23,508 bases of DNA. Source: a virus. Its lineage: Duplodnaviria > Heunggongvirae > Uroviricota > Caudoviricetes. The stretch lies in IMG/VR virus record IMGVR_UViG_2663763227_000016. One strand, given 5' to 3'. The notes under the pieces are model-generated. The model was given only the letters and a program-made list of their open reading frames with translations, ran no database searches and had not been told where the DNA came from. Below, piece by piece: positions 16,445 through 23,508 of this stretch. Each line of letters begins with the position of its first letter. Position 1 is the stretch's first letter. The position numbers and the translations under genes are program-made.

Positions 16445-16673
16445 TATGGACAAAAAAAGCCCGCGCTGGGAGACGCGGGCGGCAAGGAATAAACAATAAA
16501 ACGTGAAGTAATATTTCAGCTGGCGAATAATACCCCATAGTAATCACTCTGCGCAACTGCGCGGTCTTTTTCGAATTGCGGGCTGTAGTCTCCCTTCTGC
16601 CATTGTCCTGTAACTTCCGGACTTCAGCCTGCTCCTTATCTGACTCACAACATTATCCCGCCCGGGAGGATTC

Positions 16674-18527
16674 ATGGCATTTAAACACTATGACGTGGTC
16701 AGGGCGGCATCGCCGTCAGACCTTGCGAAACGACTGACACAAAAACTGAAGGAGGGCTGGCAGCCGTTTGGTAGTCCGGTGGCCATAACCCCTTATACCC
16801 TGATGCAGGCGATTGCAGCAGAAGGTGATGTGGTCGTCAGTGGTGCAACTGAGCCGGAGTGGTACTACGTCATCGTACTGGCCGGGCAATCCAATGCCAT
16901 GGCTTACGGTGAAGGGCTTCCGCTTCCGGATTCATACGATGCGCCCCATCCGCGCATTAAGCAACTGGCCCGTCGTAACACAGTGACTCCCGGTGGTGAA
17001 GTATGCGTATTTAACGACATCATTCCTGCTGACCATTGTCTGCATGATGTTCAGGATATGAGTACGATTAACCATCCCCGGGCTGACCTGAGCAAAGGGC
17101 AGTACGGCTGTGTCGGACAGGGCTTACATATTGCCAAAAAACTGCTTCCGTATATCCCTAATAATGCGGGGATCCTGCTGGTACCATGCTGTCGTGGTGG
17201 TTCGGCATTCACCCAGGGCACGGAGGGGACATTCAGCGAGTCCACGGGAGCCAGTCAGGATTCGGCTCGCTGGGGAGTGGGTAAGCCGTTATATCAGGAT
17301 CTGCTTTTCCGCACGAAGGCAGCATTGCAGAAAAACCCGAAAAACGTTTTGCTGGCGATATGCTGGATGCAGGGGGAATTCGATATGACGAATGCCAGTT
17401 ACGCCCAGCAGCCAGCAGCATTTCTTGCAATGGTACAGCAGTTCCGTGCTGACCTTGCCGGGCTGGCGGCGCAGTGTCACGGTGGAAGTCCGGCATCAGT
17501 CCCCTGGATTTGTGGCGACACGACATACGCGTGGAAACAAGAACACGGTACGCAATATGAAGTGGTATATGGTGCATATAAAGGTAAAGAATCCCAGCAG
17601 ATTTATTTTGTTCCCTTTATGACCGATGGTAGCGGAGTTAATACACCGACAAACAACCCGTCAGAAGATCCTGATATTGCCGGGTCTGGTTATTACGGTT
17701 CGGCATCCCGAACGAACAAAAACTGGGTATCATCAAATCGCCCGACGCATTTCAGCTCATGGGCGCGTCGTGGCATTATTCCCGATCGTATGGCAACTGC
17801 TATTCTGAACGTAGCCGGTCGCACCTTAGCCTTCATTAGTGGTAAGGCACCGGAAATCAAACCCTCGCCCGGCGGCGACACGCCATCGGGGCCGTCTGAA
17901 GATGCATCCATACGCACAATCTCCCTGTTGCCGACAGCCGGAGACGCTGCTGCGCAGGGCTGGAGCATTAAGAATGGCGGAATTCAGTTGTCAGATGGTG
18001 TATTTAAGATCACCAAGCAGAGCAATAAAGCCTGGTCCCTGACGCGCCCGGTGGATGACGCAGTCTCCCTGCTGACACGGGGTGGCAGACTGAGCTGTAA
18101 GTTTCGACTGTCAGGCGCACTGACCAACAACCAGTTCGGTCTGGGAATTTATCTGTATACCGATGTAGCGTTACCTGACGTCGTGGCGATGACCGGGACT
18201 GGTAACCCGTTCCTGATGTCGTTCTTCACCCAGACCACAGACGGCAAACTGAATCTGATGCATCACAAGAAAGCAGGAAACACAAAGTTGGGCGAGTTCG
18301 GGAATTACAGTAACGACTGGCAGACGCTGGAGCTGGTGTTCACCGCCGGCAGTGCCACGGTTACTCCGAAACTGAATGGAGTGGCTGGCCCGGCATTCCA
18401 GGTCATAAAAGACAGTCTGACACTGGGGCTGAATGCGCTGACGCTGACGGATATTACCAAAAATGCAGCGTATGGCGTTGAGATAGAAAGTCTGGTGCTG
18501 GAGATAAATGCACCGGCATCATCATAA
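16674..18527 (+). CDS. Prophage sialate O-acetylesterase (NanS-p-like; SGNH/SASA esterase with C-terminal domain)
   Basis: 617-aa ORF with GGGAGGA ribosome-binding site. It carries the SGNH-hydrolase GQSN block (VIVLAGQSNAMAYGEG), and its position (after tRNAs, before the lysis genes) is that of nanS-p in Stx-phage-like prophages. Confidence 0.75.
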   Translation: MAFKHYDVVRAASPSDLAKRLTQKLKEGWQPFGSPVAITPYTLMQAIAAEGDVVVSGATEPEWYYVIVLAGQSNAMAYGEGLPLPDSYDAPHPRIKQLARRNTVTPGGEVCVFNDIIPADHCLHDVQDMSTINHPRADLSKGQYGCVGQGLHIAKKLLPYIPNNAGILLVPCCRGGSAFTQGTEGTFSESTGASQDSARWGVGKPLYQDLLFRTKAALQKNPKNVLLAICWMQGEFDMTNASYAQQPAAFLAMVQQFRADLAGLAAQCHGGSPASVPWICGDTTYAWKQEHGTQYEVVYGAYKGKESQQIYFVPFMTDGSGVNTPTNNPSEDPDIAGSGYYGSASRTNKNWVSSNRPTHFSSWARRGIIPDRMATAILNVAGRTLAFISGKAPEIKPSPGGDTPSGPSEDASIRTISLLPTAGDAAAQGWSIKNGGIQLSDGVFKITKQSNKAWSLTRPVDDAVSLLTRGGRLSCKFRLSGALTNNQFGLGIYLYTDVALPDVVAMTGTGNPFLMSFFTQTTDGKLNLMHHKKAGNTKLGEFGNYSNDWQTLELVFTAGSATVTPKLNGVAGPAFQVIKDSLTLGLNALTLTDITKNAAYGVEIESLVLEINAPASS

Positions 18528-18612
18528 AAAGTGAGCCAGCCAAATGGAAGGTATCGTTAAACTCACCGGTAGTGTCAGTGGGTCGTCTGAGATGCCTGCA
18601 TGAGTTATCAGA

Positions 18613-18642
18613 GCCATCAGTACTTAACTGGTGGCTTTTTTT
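18613..18642 (+). terminator. Intrinsic terminator upstream of the lysis cassette
   Basis: GCCATCAG-TACTTAA-CTGGTGGC stem-loop followed by TTTTTTT. Confidence 0.6.
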
Positions 18643-18677
18643 ATTGTTGTCAGCTTCCGGATAACGGGAGACGGGGT

Positions 18678-18893
18678 ATGTACCAGATGGAAAAAATCAC
18701 AACAGGTGTGTCATACACCACGTCAGCGGTGGGAACGGGCTACTGGTTCCTGCAGTTGCTGGACAGGGTTTCCCCGTCTCAGTGGGCGGCAATAGGCGTG
18801 CTGGGGAGTCTGCTGTTTGGGCTGCTGACATATCTGACTAACCTGTATTTCAAAATCAGAGAGGACCGTCGTAAGGCTGCACGGGGAGAGTAA
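18678..18893 (+). CDS. Class II holin (phage-21 S21-type pinholin) with dual start (antiholin from 18678, holin from 18687)
   Basis: [71 protein letters not shown] matches S21 as I recall it. Two transmembrane segments and the M-x-x-M dual-start motif; the ribosome-binding site is a G-rich run (GGGAG/GGGG) just upstream of the first ATG. Confidence 0.85.
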   Translation: MYQMEKITTGVSYTTSAVGTGYWFLQLLDRVSPSQWAAIGVLGSLLFGLLTYLTNLYFKIREDRRKAARGE

Positions 18894-18897
18894 TTCA

Positions 18898-19242
18898 ATG
18901 ACTCAAAACTATGAACTGATTGTGAAAGGGATCCGCAATTTTGAGAATAAAGTTACGGTAACTTTAGCGTTACGGGACAAAAAACGCTTTGACGGTGAAA
19001 TTTTTGACCTGGACATCTCGCTGGACCGTGTTGAAGGTGCCTCGCTGGAGTTTTATGAGGCAGCAGCCAGAAGGAGCATCAGACAGGTCTTCCTGGATGT
19101 TGCTGCCGGGTTATGTGAAGGGGATGAGCAGTCGCCGGAAAAGCGCCCCGTAATTTTAGAGGCGCAGGATGTGTTGATAACCTACAGAGGAAAACTACCG
19201 GGAATAATTACGGGTTCTCTGAAGAGTCCGCCGAAATGGTAA
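18898..19242 (+). CDS. Hypothetical protein inserted between holin and endolysin (possibly YdfR-like)
   Basis: 114-aa ORF starting 4 nt after the holin stop with GGAGAG upstream. Qin carries ydfR at the same position; the family assignment is from memory of gene order only. Confidence 0.5.
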   Translation: MTQNYELIVKGIRNFENKVTVTLALRDKKRFDGEIFDLDISLDRVEGASLEFYEAAARRSIRQVFLDVAAGLCEGDEQSPEKRPVILEAQDVLITYRGKLPGIITGSLKSPPKW

Positions 19243-19480
19243 TTTTACCAGCATATTTTTCATCCAGTAATACGGCAAGCCGCCTGAAAGAGTCTTGTTG
19301 TTCCTGAGACCATTTGGGATTGCATGATTCAAACTGGATTGATGCCAGCGTTGATTGCATCTGTTCCCTTGGAATTGAGAATGCCAGATATGAGAAGGCG
19401 ACGGTAAGGGTATTCACGTCTTCCCGAAGCCTGGAAATGCTGTCGAGCAACTCCTGTAGAGAAATGGTGTTATTGTCCAT
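19208..19480 (-). CDS. Hypothetical protein, antisense within the lysis cassette
   Basis: 90-aa ORF with GAGGA 8 nt upstream of its ATG (19480). Its 3' end overlaps the convergent 114-aa gene by 35 nt. It is divergent from the endolysin across a 105-bp region. Confidence 0.4.
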   Translation of the reverse strand: MDNNTISLQELLDSISRLREDVNTLTVAFSYLAFSIPREQMQSTLASIQFESCNPKWSQEQQDSFRRLAVLLDEKYAGKITISADSSENP

Positions 19481-19585
19481 AAATAATCCTCATGATTGTA
19501 TTGACCTGTTAGCAGCCTGAGGCAACAGGCTGGAACTGATAAACATATCTAGGGCTCAGAAACCGATAAATCCTGATAAATATCC

Positions 19586-20119
19586 ATGAACGCAAAAATC
19601 AGATACGGCCTGTCGGCTGCCGTTTTGGCGCTGATTGCCGCTGGTGCGCCTGCGCCTGACATTCTCGACCAGTTTCTGGATGAAAAGGAAGGTAACCACA
19701 CCACGGAATACCGTGATGGCGCGGGTATCTGGACCATCTGCCGCGGTGCCATCCTGGTGGATGGCAAACCTGTCGTTCCGGGCATGAAGTTGTCGAAGGA
19801 AAAATGCGACCGGGTTAACGCCATTGAGCGTGATAAGGCGCTGGCATGGGTGGAGAAAAACATCAGAGTGCCATTGAGTGAACCCCAGAAAGCGGGGATC
19901 GCGTCATTCTGTCCGTACAACATTGGTCCCGGTAAGTGTTTCCCGTCGACGTTTTATAAACGAATTAATGCAGGTGATCGCAGGGGAGCGTGTGAGGCGA
20001 TTCGCTGGTGGATTAAGGACGGTGGCAGAGACTGCCGTGTCCGCTCAAATAACTGTTATGGTCAGGTATCCCGTCGTGACCAGGAGAGCGCGCTGGCGTG
20101 CTGGGGAATCGACAGATAA
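19586..20119 (+). CDS. SAR endolysin (phage-21 R-type lysozyme, GH24)
   Basis: 177-aa ORF with an N-terminal Gly/Ala-rich weakly hydrophobic signal-anchor-release segment (LSAAVLALIAAGAPAP) followed by the lysozyme catalytic E-x8-D-x5-T triad (EGNHTTEYRDGAGIWT). Confidence 0.85.
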   Translation: MNAKIRYGLSAAVLALIAAGAPAPDILDQFLDEKEGNHTTEYRDGAGIWTICRGAILVDGKPVVPGMKLSKEKCDRVNAIERDKALAWVEKNIRVPLSEPQKAGIASFCPYNIGPGKCFPSTFYKRINAGDRRGACEAIRWWIKDGGRDCRVRSNNCYGQVSRRDQESALACWGIDR

Positions 20120-20211
20120 GCAGAATATTTTGCTGAAAAATAAGGTATGGCCACGCGGGCGGATAACACGAAATCCTGCGAACTGGCGAAACGTAAGTGA
20201 ATAAAAGTAAA

Positions 20212-20248
20212 AACCCCGTTTGTTGGCACCAAGCGGGGTTTTGTGTTT
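20212..20248 (+). terminator. Terminator-like hairpin between endolysin and Rz
   Basis: CCCCGTTTG...CAAGCGGGG stem followed by TTTTGTGTTT. Confidence 0.5.
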
Positions 20249-20278
20249 CCTGACTCCGGAAAAGTCAAAGGAGAAAGT

Positions 20279-20416
20279 GTGTTTGATTTTAGCAAACTGA
20301 TTCGGGAGATTCGAGTGATGGCTGAAAAATTATCCACCTGGAAGTTCATTCTTATCTGGCTGGTGTTTGTGATTATGGCCTCCGGTTATTTCATCGGTCA
20401 GATACGCTGGTGGTGA
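20279..20416 (+). CDS. Small single-pass membrane protein ORF (45 aa) coupled to Rz
   Basis: GTG start with AAGGAG 5 nt upstream, product [45 protein letters not shown]. Its stop (20414-20416) lies 1 nt before the Rz ATG. It is below the size cutoff of the supplied ORF track. Confidence 0.35.
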   Translation: MFDFSKLIREIRVMAEKLSTWKFILIWLVFVIMASGYFIGQIRWW

Positions 20417-20417
20417 A

Positions 20418-20885
20418 ATGAACCGCGTACTGTGCGTGGTCATCATTGCCCTGCTGGTGGCCTGTGGTGCGCTTAGTCTGGGGCTGAATCATTACCGTGA
20501 TAACGCCATTACCTACAAAGCCCAGCGCGACAAAAATGTCAGAGAACTGAAGCTGGCGAACGCGGCAATTACTGACATGCAGATGCGTCAGCGTGATGTT
20601 GCTGCGCTCGATGCAAAATACACGAAGGAGTTAGCTGATGCGAAAGCTGAAAATGAAACTCTTCGCGCTGACGTTGCCGCTGGTCGTAAGCGCCTGCGTA
20701 TCAACGCCACCTGTCCAGGTCCCGTGCGTGAAGCCACCGGCACCGCCCGCGTGGATAATGCAACCGGCCCCCAACTGGCAGACACCGTTACACGGGATTA
20801 TTTCACCCTCAGAGAGCGGCTGATGACGATGCAGAAGCAACTGGAAGGGGCGCAGGAATATATCCGTACTCAGTGCCTGAAATAA
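20418..20885 (+). CDS. Rz: Rz i-spanin
   Basis: 155-aa ORF with an N-terminal transmembrane segment and coiled-coil-like periplasmic domain, containing an embedded +1-frame lipoprotein ORF. Confidence 0.85.
   Translation: MNRVLCVVIIALLVACGALSLGLNHYRDNAITYKAQRDKNVRELKLANAAITDMQMRQRDVAALDAKYTKELADAKAENETLRADVAAGRKRLRINATCPGPVREATGTARVDNATGPQLADTVTRDYFTLRERLMTMQKQLEGAQEYIRTQCLK
20638..20823 (+). CDS. Rz1: Rz1 o-spanin lipoprotein, embedded in Rz in the +1 frame
   Basis: 61-aa ORF with GGAG ribosome-binding site, signal peptide plus lipobox (LVVSAC) and a proline-rich mature region ([16 protein letters not shown]). Confidence 0.8.
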   Translation: MRKLKMKLFALTLPLVVSACVSTPPVQVPCVKPPAPPAWIMQPAPNWQTPLHGIISPSESG

Positions 20886-21508
20886 GTTTTGTTGATGCGC
20901 CGTATCGTCGCTGTATTCCCTCATTAACAGAGACCGCAGCCCGACAGGGAGACTCCTCTGCGCGAGTGTGCGGGGATAATCAAAAACGATACACACCGGG
21001 GTTTACCGCGTTAACGGAGCGCGGCGTTGTCCCCTCATAGTCGCCTGTCCGGTGCGATGGTGGAAGAAACCGGATGTTTATCACTATTAATTGATGACAC
21101 AGAAATGGATTCATTGAATTTCAGCACGTTTTTGTATTCGTGTTATTGAACATCTGTTTATTTTACTTTTAACATATTGATAATAAAAAGAGCTGTAAAT
21201 CTTTAGATGAGTCGATTTTGTCCGGGGAAGTTCAAATGGATTTTATGCTGACGGTTTCTGGTGTGGTTATCCTGTCCATTGCTTATACTGCAGATAAATA
21301 TGGCTGCCATTTGTTATCACGTATTGGCGCTTATTGTTCGTTGATGCTGATTTTCTCGTCGCTTTTTTTTGAGTAAGTTATATTAATTATAACAAATAAT
21401 TTTCTGTGTTATTTTTTCAGGCTATCCCGTCAGAGGGGAAGCCTGTACTGCCGGGGAGCGAATGGAAAACTGATGTGTCCGGTAACTGCGTGTTCTGTGA
21501 ACACCATG

Positions 21509-21694
21509 TTACTTAATTATGTAATTCATACCCGAACTCTCTGTTGACAGCCTTCTTCTGCAGGCTTCAATAACCCACGCTGAAAAGTTTCCTGAACCTT
21601 TCAGATCAAGAGCGATGTTAATTTGTTCAATCATCTGGTTTGGAAATCGGATGTTGCGGGTTGTTGTTCTGCGGGTTCTGTTCTTTGATGACAT
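21509..21694 (-). CDS. Putative ribbon-helix-helix (Arc/MetJ-like) DNA-binding protein
   Basis: 61-aa ORF with a basic N-terminus, a beta-strand-like RNIRFP segment and two helices (QMIEQINIALDL, NFSAWVIEACRRRL) in the ribbon-helix-helix pattern. GGGGAAA upstream of the ATG; it lies in an AT-rich island. Confidence 0.4.
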   Translation of the reverse strand: MSSKNRTRRTTTRNIRFPNQMIEQINIALDLKGSGNFSAWVIEACRRRLSTESSGMNYIIK

Positions 21695-21879
21695 AATGTT
21701 TCCCCATATTCAGTGTTGCTGATTTGTATTATCTGAAGTTGCTTTTACGTTAATTTGATGCAGATCAATTAATACGATACCTGCGTCATAATTGATTATT
21801 TCTCGTGGTTTGATGGCGTACACACATGTTGTGATAAACCTTATATAGATGATAATCATTATCATTTTCGTGGGTCCTT

Positions 21880-22050
21880 TCCGGCGATCCGACCGGTTAC
21901 GGGGCGGCGACCTCGCGGATTTTCACTATTTATGAAAATTTTCCGGGATCCATGTCCGGTTTCTCTGCAAGTTAACCATATGAAAAATATAAAAACATGC
22001 TTTCCATGAACCGGACATGCGCAAAAAATAGACACTAAAACCGGACATGA
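21880..22050 (+). other. cos site: lambda-type cosQ/cosN (12-nt cohesive end GGGCGGCGACCT at 21902-21913) with a cosB bearing three CCGGACATG repeats
   Basis: 21869-21947 is near-identical to my recollection of the lambda cos junction (GGTTACG|GGGCGGCGACCTCGCGG.TTTTC.CTATTTATGAAAATTTTCCGG). Downstream repeats: CATGTCCGG (21951-21959, inverted) and CCGGACATG (22011-22019 and 22041-22049). Confidence 0.75.
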
Positions 22051-22097
22051 CCGGTTTTGTTGTGATTGTGAGGTGAGAGTTTTTTGCGAGGTGAGGA

Positions 22098-22607
22098 GTG
22101 GCTACGCAGACTGAAGTTGCCAGGCATTTAAGTCTGACCGATCGCCAGCTTCGCAGATTGCAGAAATTGCCGGGTGCCCCGATATCGAATAAGCGAGGGC
22201 AACTGGATCTGGATGCCTGGCGCGATTTTTACATATCGTATCTGAGAAGAAGTAAAAACGATGTGCCTGATGGCGATAGCGAAGACGACTATGAGGAGAA
22301 ATTGCTTATTGCCAGATGGGAACTGACAGCAGAACAGGCTGTTACACAGCAGTTAAAAAATGAGGTGTCAAAAGGAAAACTTATTGACACCGGGTTCTGT
22401 ATTTTTGCCCTCAGCAAGCTGGCAATGGCGTTATCCAGTACGCTTGATTCCATCCCTTTATCCATGCAGCGACAGTTTCCTGATTTAACACCGCGCCATC
22501 TTGACCATCTGAAAACCCTTATTGCGAAGGGGGCAAATCAGTGTGCGCGGGCGGGGGATAAATTACCGGATTTACTCGATGAATATATCAGAGCAACAAC
22601 TGAATAA
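22098..22607 (+). CDS. Terminase small subunit (Nu1-like)
   Basis: 169-aa ORF with an N-terminal helix-turn-helix, alignable by eye to lambda Nu1 (ours ...LPLSMQRQFPDLTPRHLDHLK vs lambda ...LPLSVQRRFPELENRHVDFLK). It sits immediately after cos and before the large subunit. The GTG start has a poorly spaced ribosome-binding site, so the exact start is uncertain. Confidence 0.8.
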   Translation: MATQTEVARHLSLTDRQLRRLQKLPGAPISNKRGQLDLDAWRDFYISYLRRSKNDVPDGDSEDDYEEKLLIARWELTAEQAVTQQLKNEVSKGKLIDTGFCIFALSKLAMALSSTLDSIPLSMQRQFPDLTPRHLDHLKTLIAKGANQCARAGDKLPDLLDEYIRATTE

Positions 22608-22608
22608 T

Positions 22609-23508
22609 ATGATGAGTGCTGTCACAACAGCATTACAGCCCCTGATAAGGGCATTGCCGGTGACGCCAGTTGAATGGGCTGATCAAAATTATTATCTGCC
22701 TAAAGAATCTTCATATGGTGAGGGAGAATGGAAAACGCTGCCGTTCCAGATCGCCATCATGAACAGCATGGGGAATGATCAGATCCGGACTGTTAATCTG
22801 ATTAAATCTGCCCGTGTTGGCTATACAAAGATGTTGCTGGGAGTCGCCGGGTATTTTATTGAGCATAAATCCCGAAACAGTCTGCTTTTTCAGCCCACGG
22901 ATTCTGCCGCTGAAGATTTTATGAAGTCTCACGTGGAGGCGACGATTCGCGATGTTCCCTGCCTGAAAAAACTTTCTCCCTGGCTGGGACGTAAACATCG
23001 TGATAATACCATCACGCTGAAACGCTTTTCATCGGGTGTGGGCTTCTGGTGCCTGGGCGGCGCTGCCGCCAAAAACTACCGTGAAAAATCCGTGGACGTG
23101 GTCTGCTATGACGAACTTTCCTCGTTCGAGCCGGATGTCGAAAAAGAGGGCTCGCCAACCCTGCTGGGGGATAAGCGTATTGAGGGCTCGGTATGGCCAA
23201 AATCCATTCGCGGCTCGACGCCTAAAATAAAAGGCTCCTGCCAGATCGAAAAAGCGGCCAACGAGTCGGCGCATTTCATGCGTTTTTATGTGCCCTGCCC
23301 GCACTGTGGGGAGGCGCAGTATCTGAAATTTGGCGATGAGTCCACGCCTTTTGGCCTTAAATGGGAGAAGGACAGCCCCGAAAGCGTTTTCTACCTCTGT
23401 GAACATCATGGCTGCGTGATCCATCAGTCTGATATTAGACGTCAACTAGTTTTGCCGACTCGCGCCAACTATACTGGCCGCCCCCTTCAGTGCGACATCA
23501 AGTCGCGC
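22609..23508 (+). CDS. Terminase large subunit (gpA-like), 3'-truncated by the window edge
   Basis: Open frame from ATGATG at 22609 to the window end (300 codons, no stop). Strong similarity to lambda gpA N-terminal blocks as I recall them (VEWADQNYYLPKESSYGEGEWKTLPFQIAIMN; WCLGGAAAKNYREKSVDV; GDKRIEGSVWPKSIRGSTPK; FMRFYVPCPHCGEAQYLKFGD). Confidence 0.9.
   Translation, partial: MMSAVTTALQPLIRALPVTPVEWADQNYYLPKESSYGEGEWKTLPFQIAIMNSMGNDQIRTVNLIKSARVGYTKMLLGVAGYFIEHKSRNSLLFQPTDSAAEDFMKSHVEATIRDVPCLKKLSPWLGRKHRDNTITLKRFSSGVGFWCLGGAAAKNYREKSVDVVCYDELSSFEPDVEKEGSPTLLGDKRIEGSVWPKSIRGSTPKIKGSCQIEKAANESAHFMRFYVPCPHCGEAQYLKFGDESTPFGLKWEKDSPESVFYLCEHHGCVIHQSDIRRQLVLPTRANYTGRPLQCDIKSR

Noticed and set aside
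15700-16673. Shiga toxin genes (stxA/stxB) at the position they occupy in Stx phages
   Set aside because: No ORF of StxA size (about 320 aa) is present. The only ORF of StxB-like length (15870-16133, 87 aa) has no signal peptide, no ribosome-binding site and no resemblance to StxB, and it spans terminator-like hairpins. The slot is treated as non-coding.
17051-18042. Short ORFs on both strands within the esterase gene
   Set aside because: Embedded in or antisense to a 617-aa ORF with a clear SGNH esterase motif and a good ribosome-binding site.
22711-23445. Minus-strand ORFs 22711-22998, 23012-23200 and 23029-23445
   Set aside because: They are antisense to the terminase large-subunit reading frame, which is strongly supported by similarity to lambda gpA as recalled.
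1-23508. CRISPR array, rRNA genes, insertion sequences or prophage attachment sites
   Set aside because: No regularly spaced direct repeats with unique spacers, no rRNA-like sequence and no transposase ORF or terminal inverted repeats were seen. The integrase lies at the window edge, so attL/attR would be outside the window.

Overview
This window reads as most of a lambdoid prophage of an Escherichia/Shigella-type host, with a phage-21-like lysis/packaging module and a Shiga-toxin-phage-like late-region layout but no toxin genes. All calls rest on reading the sequence and on recalled family knowledge; no database search was run. Left to right: integrase and excisionase (minus strand); a leftward early operon with a large DnaQ-like exonuclease and a dicB-type module (ydfC-like gene, DicF sRNA, dicB, ydfD); a DicA/RacR-like repressor divergent from a Cro-like gene and a YdaT-like gene; a replication gene with internal iterons plus a DnaC-like loader; a nin-like region carrying a QueH-like gene, a hok-family toxin, a DUF968-like protein, RusA and a candidate Q antiterminator; then a late region with a beta-class DNA methyltransferase, three tRNAs, a gene-free structured slot where stx would sit, a NanS-p-like esterase, pinholin, SAR endolysin, Rz/Rz1, a lambda-type cos site, and the small and (3'-truncated) large terminase subunits. 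I found no CRISPR array, rRNA or insertion sequence, and attL/attR are outside the window. No clearly novel multi-gene system stands out; the least-explained parts are the tandem structured modules in the stx slot, two insertions inside the lysis cassette, an AT-rich island before cos, and an antisense zinc-ribbon ORF in the dicB-type operon.
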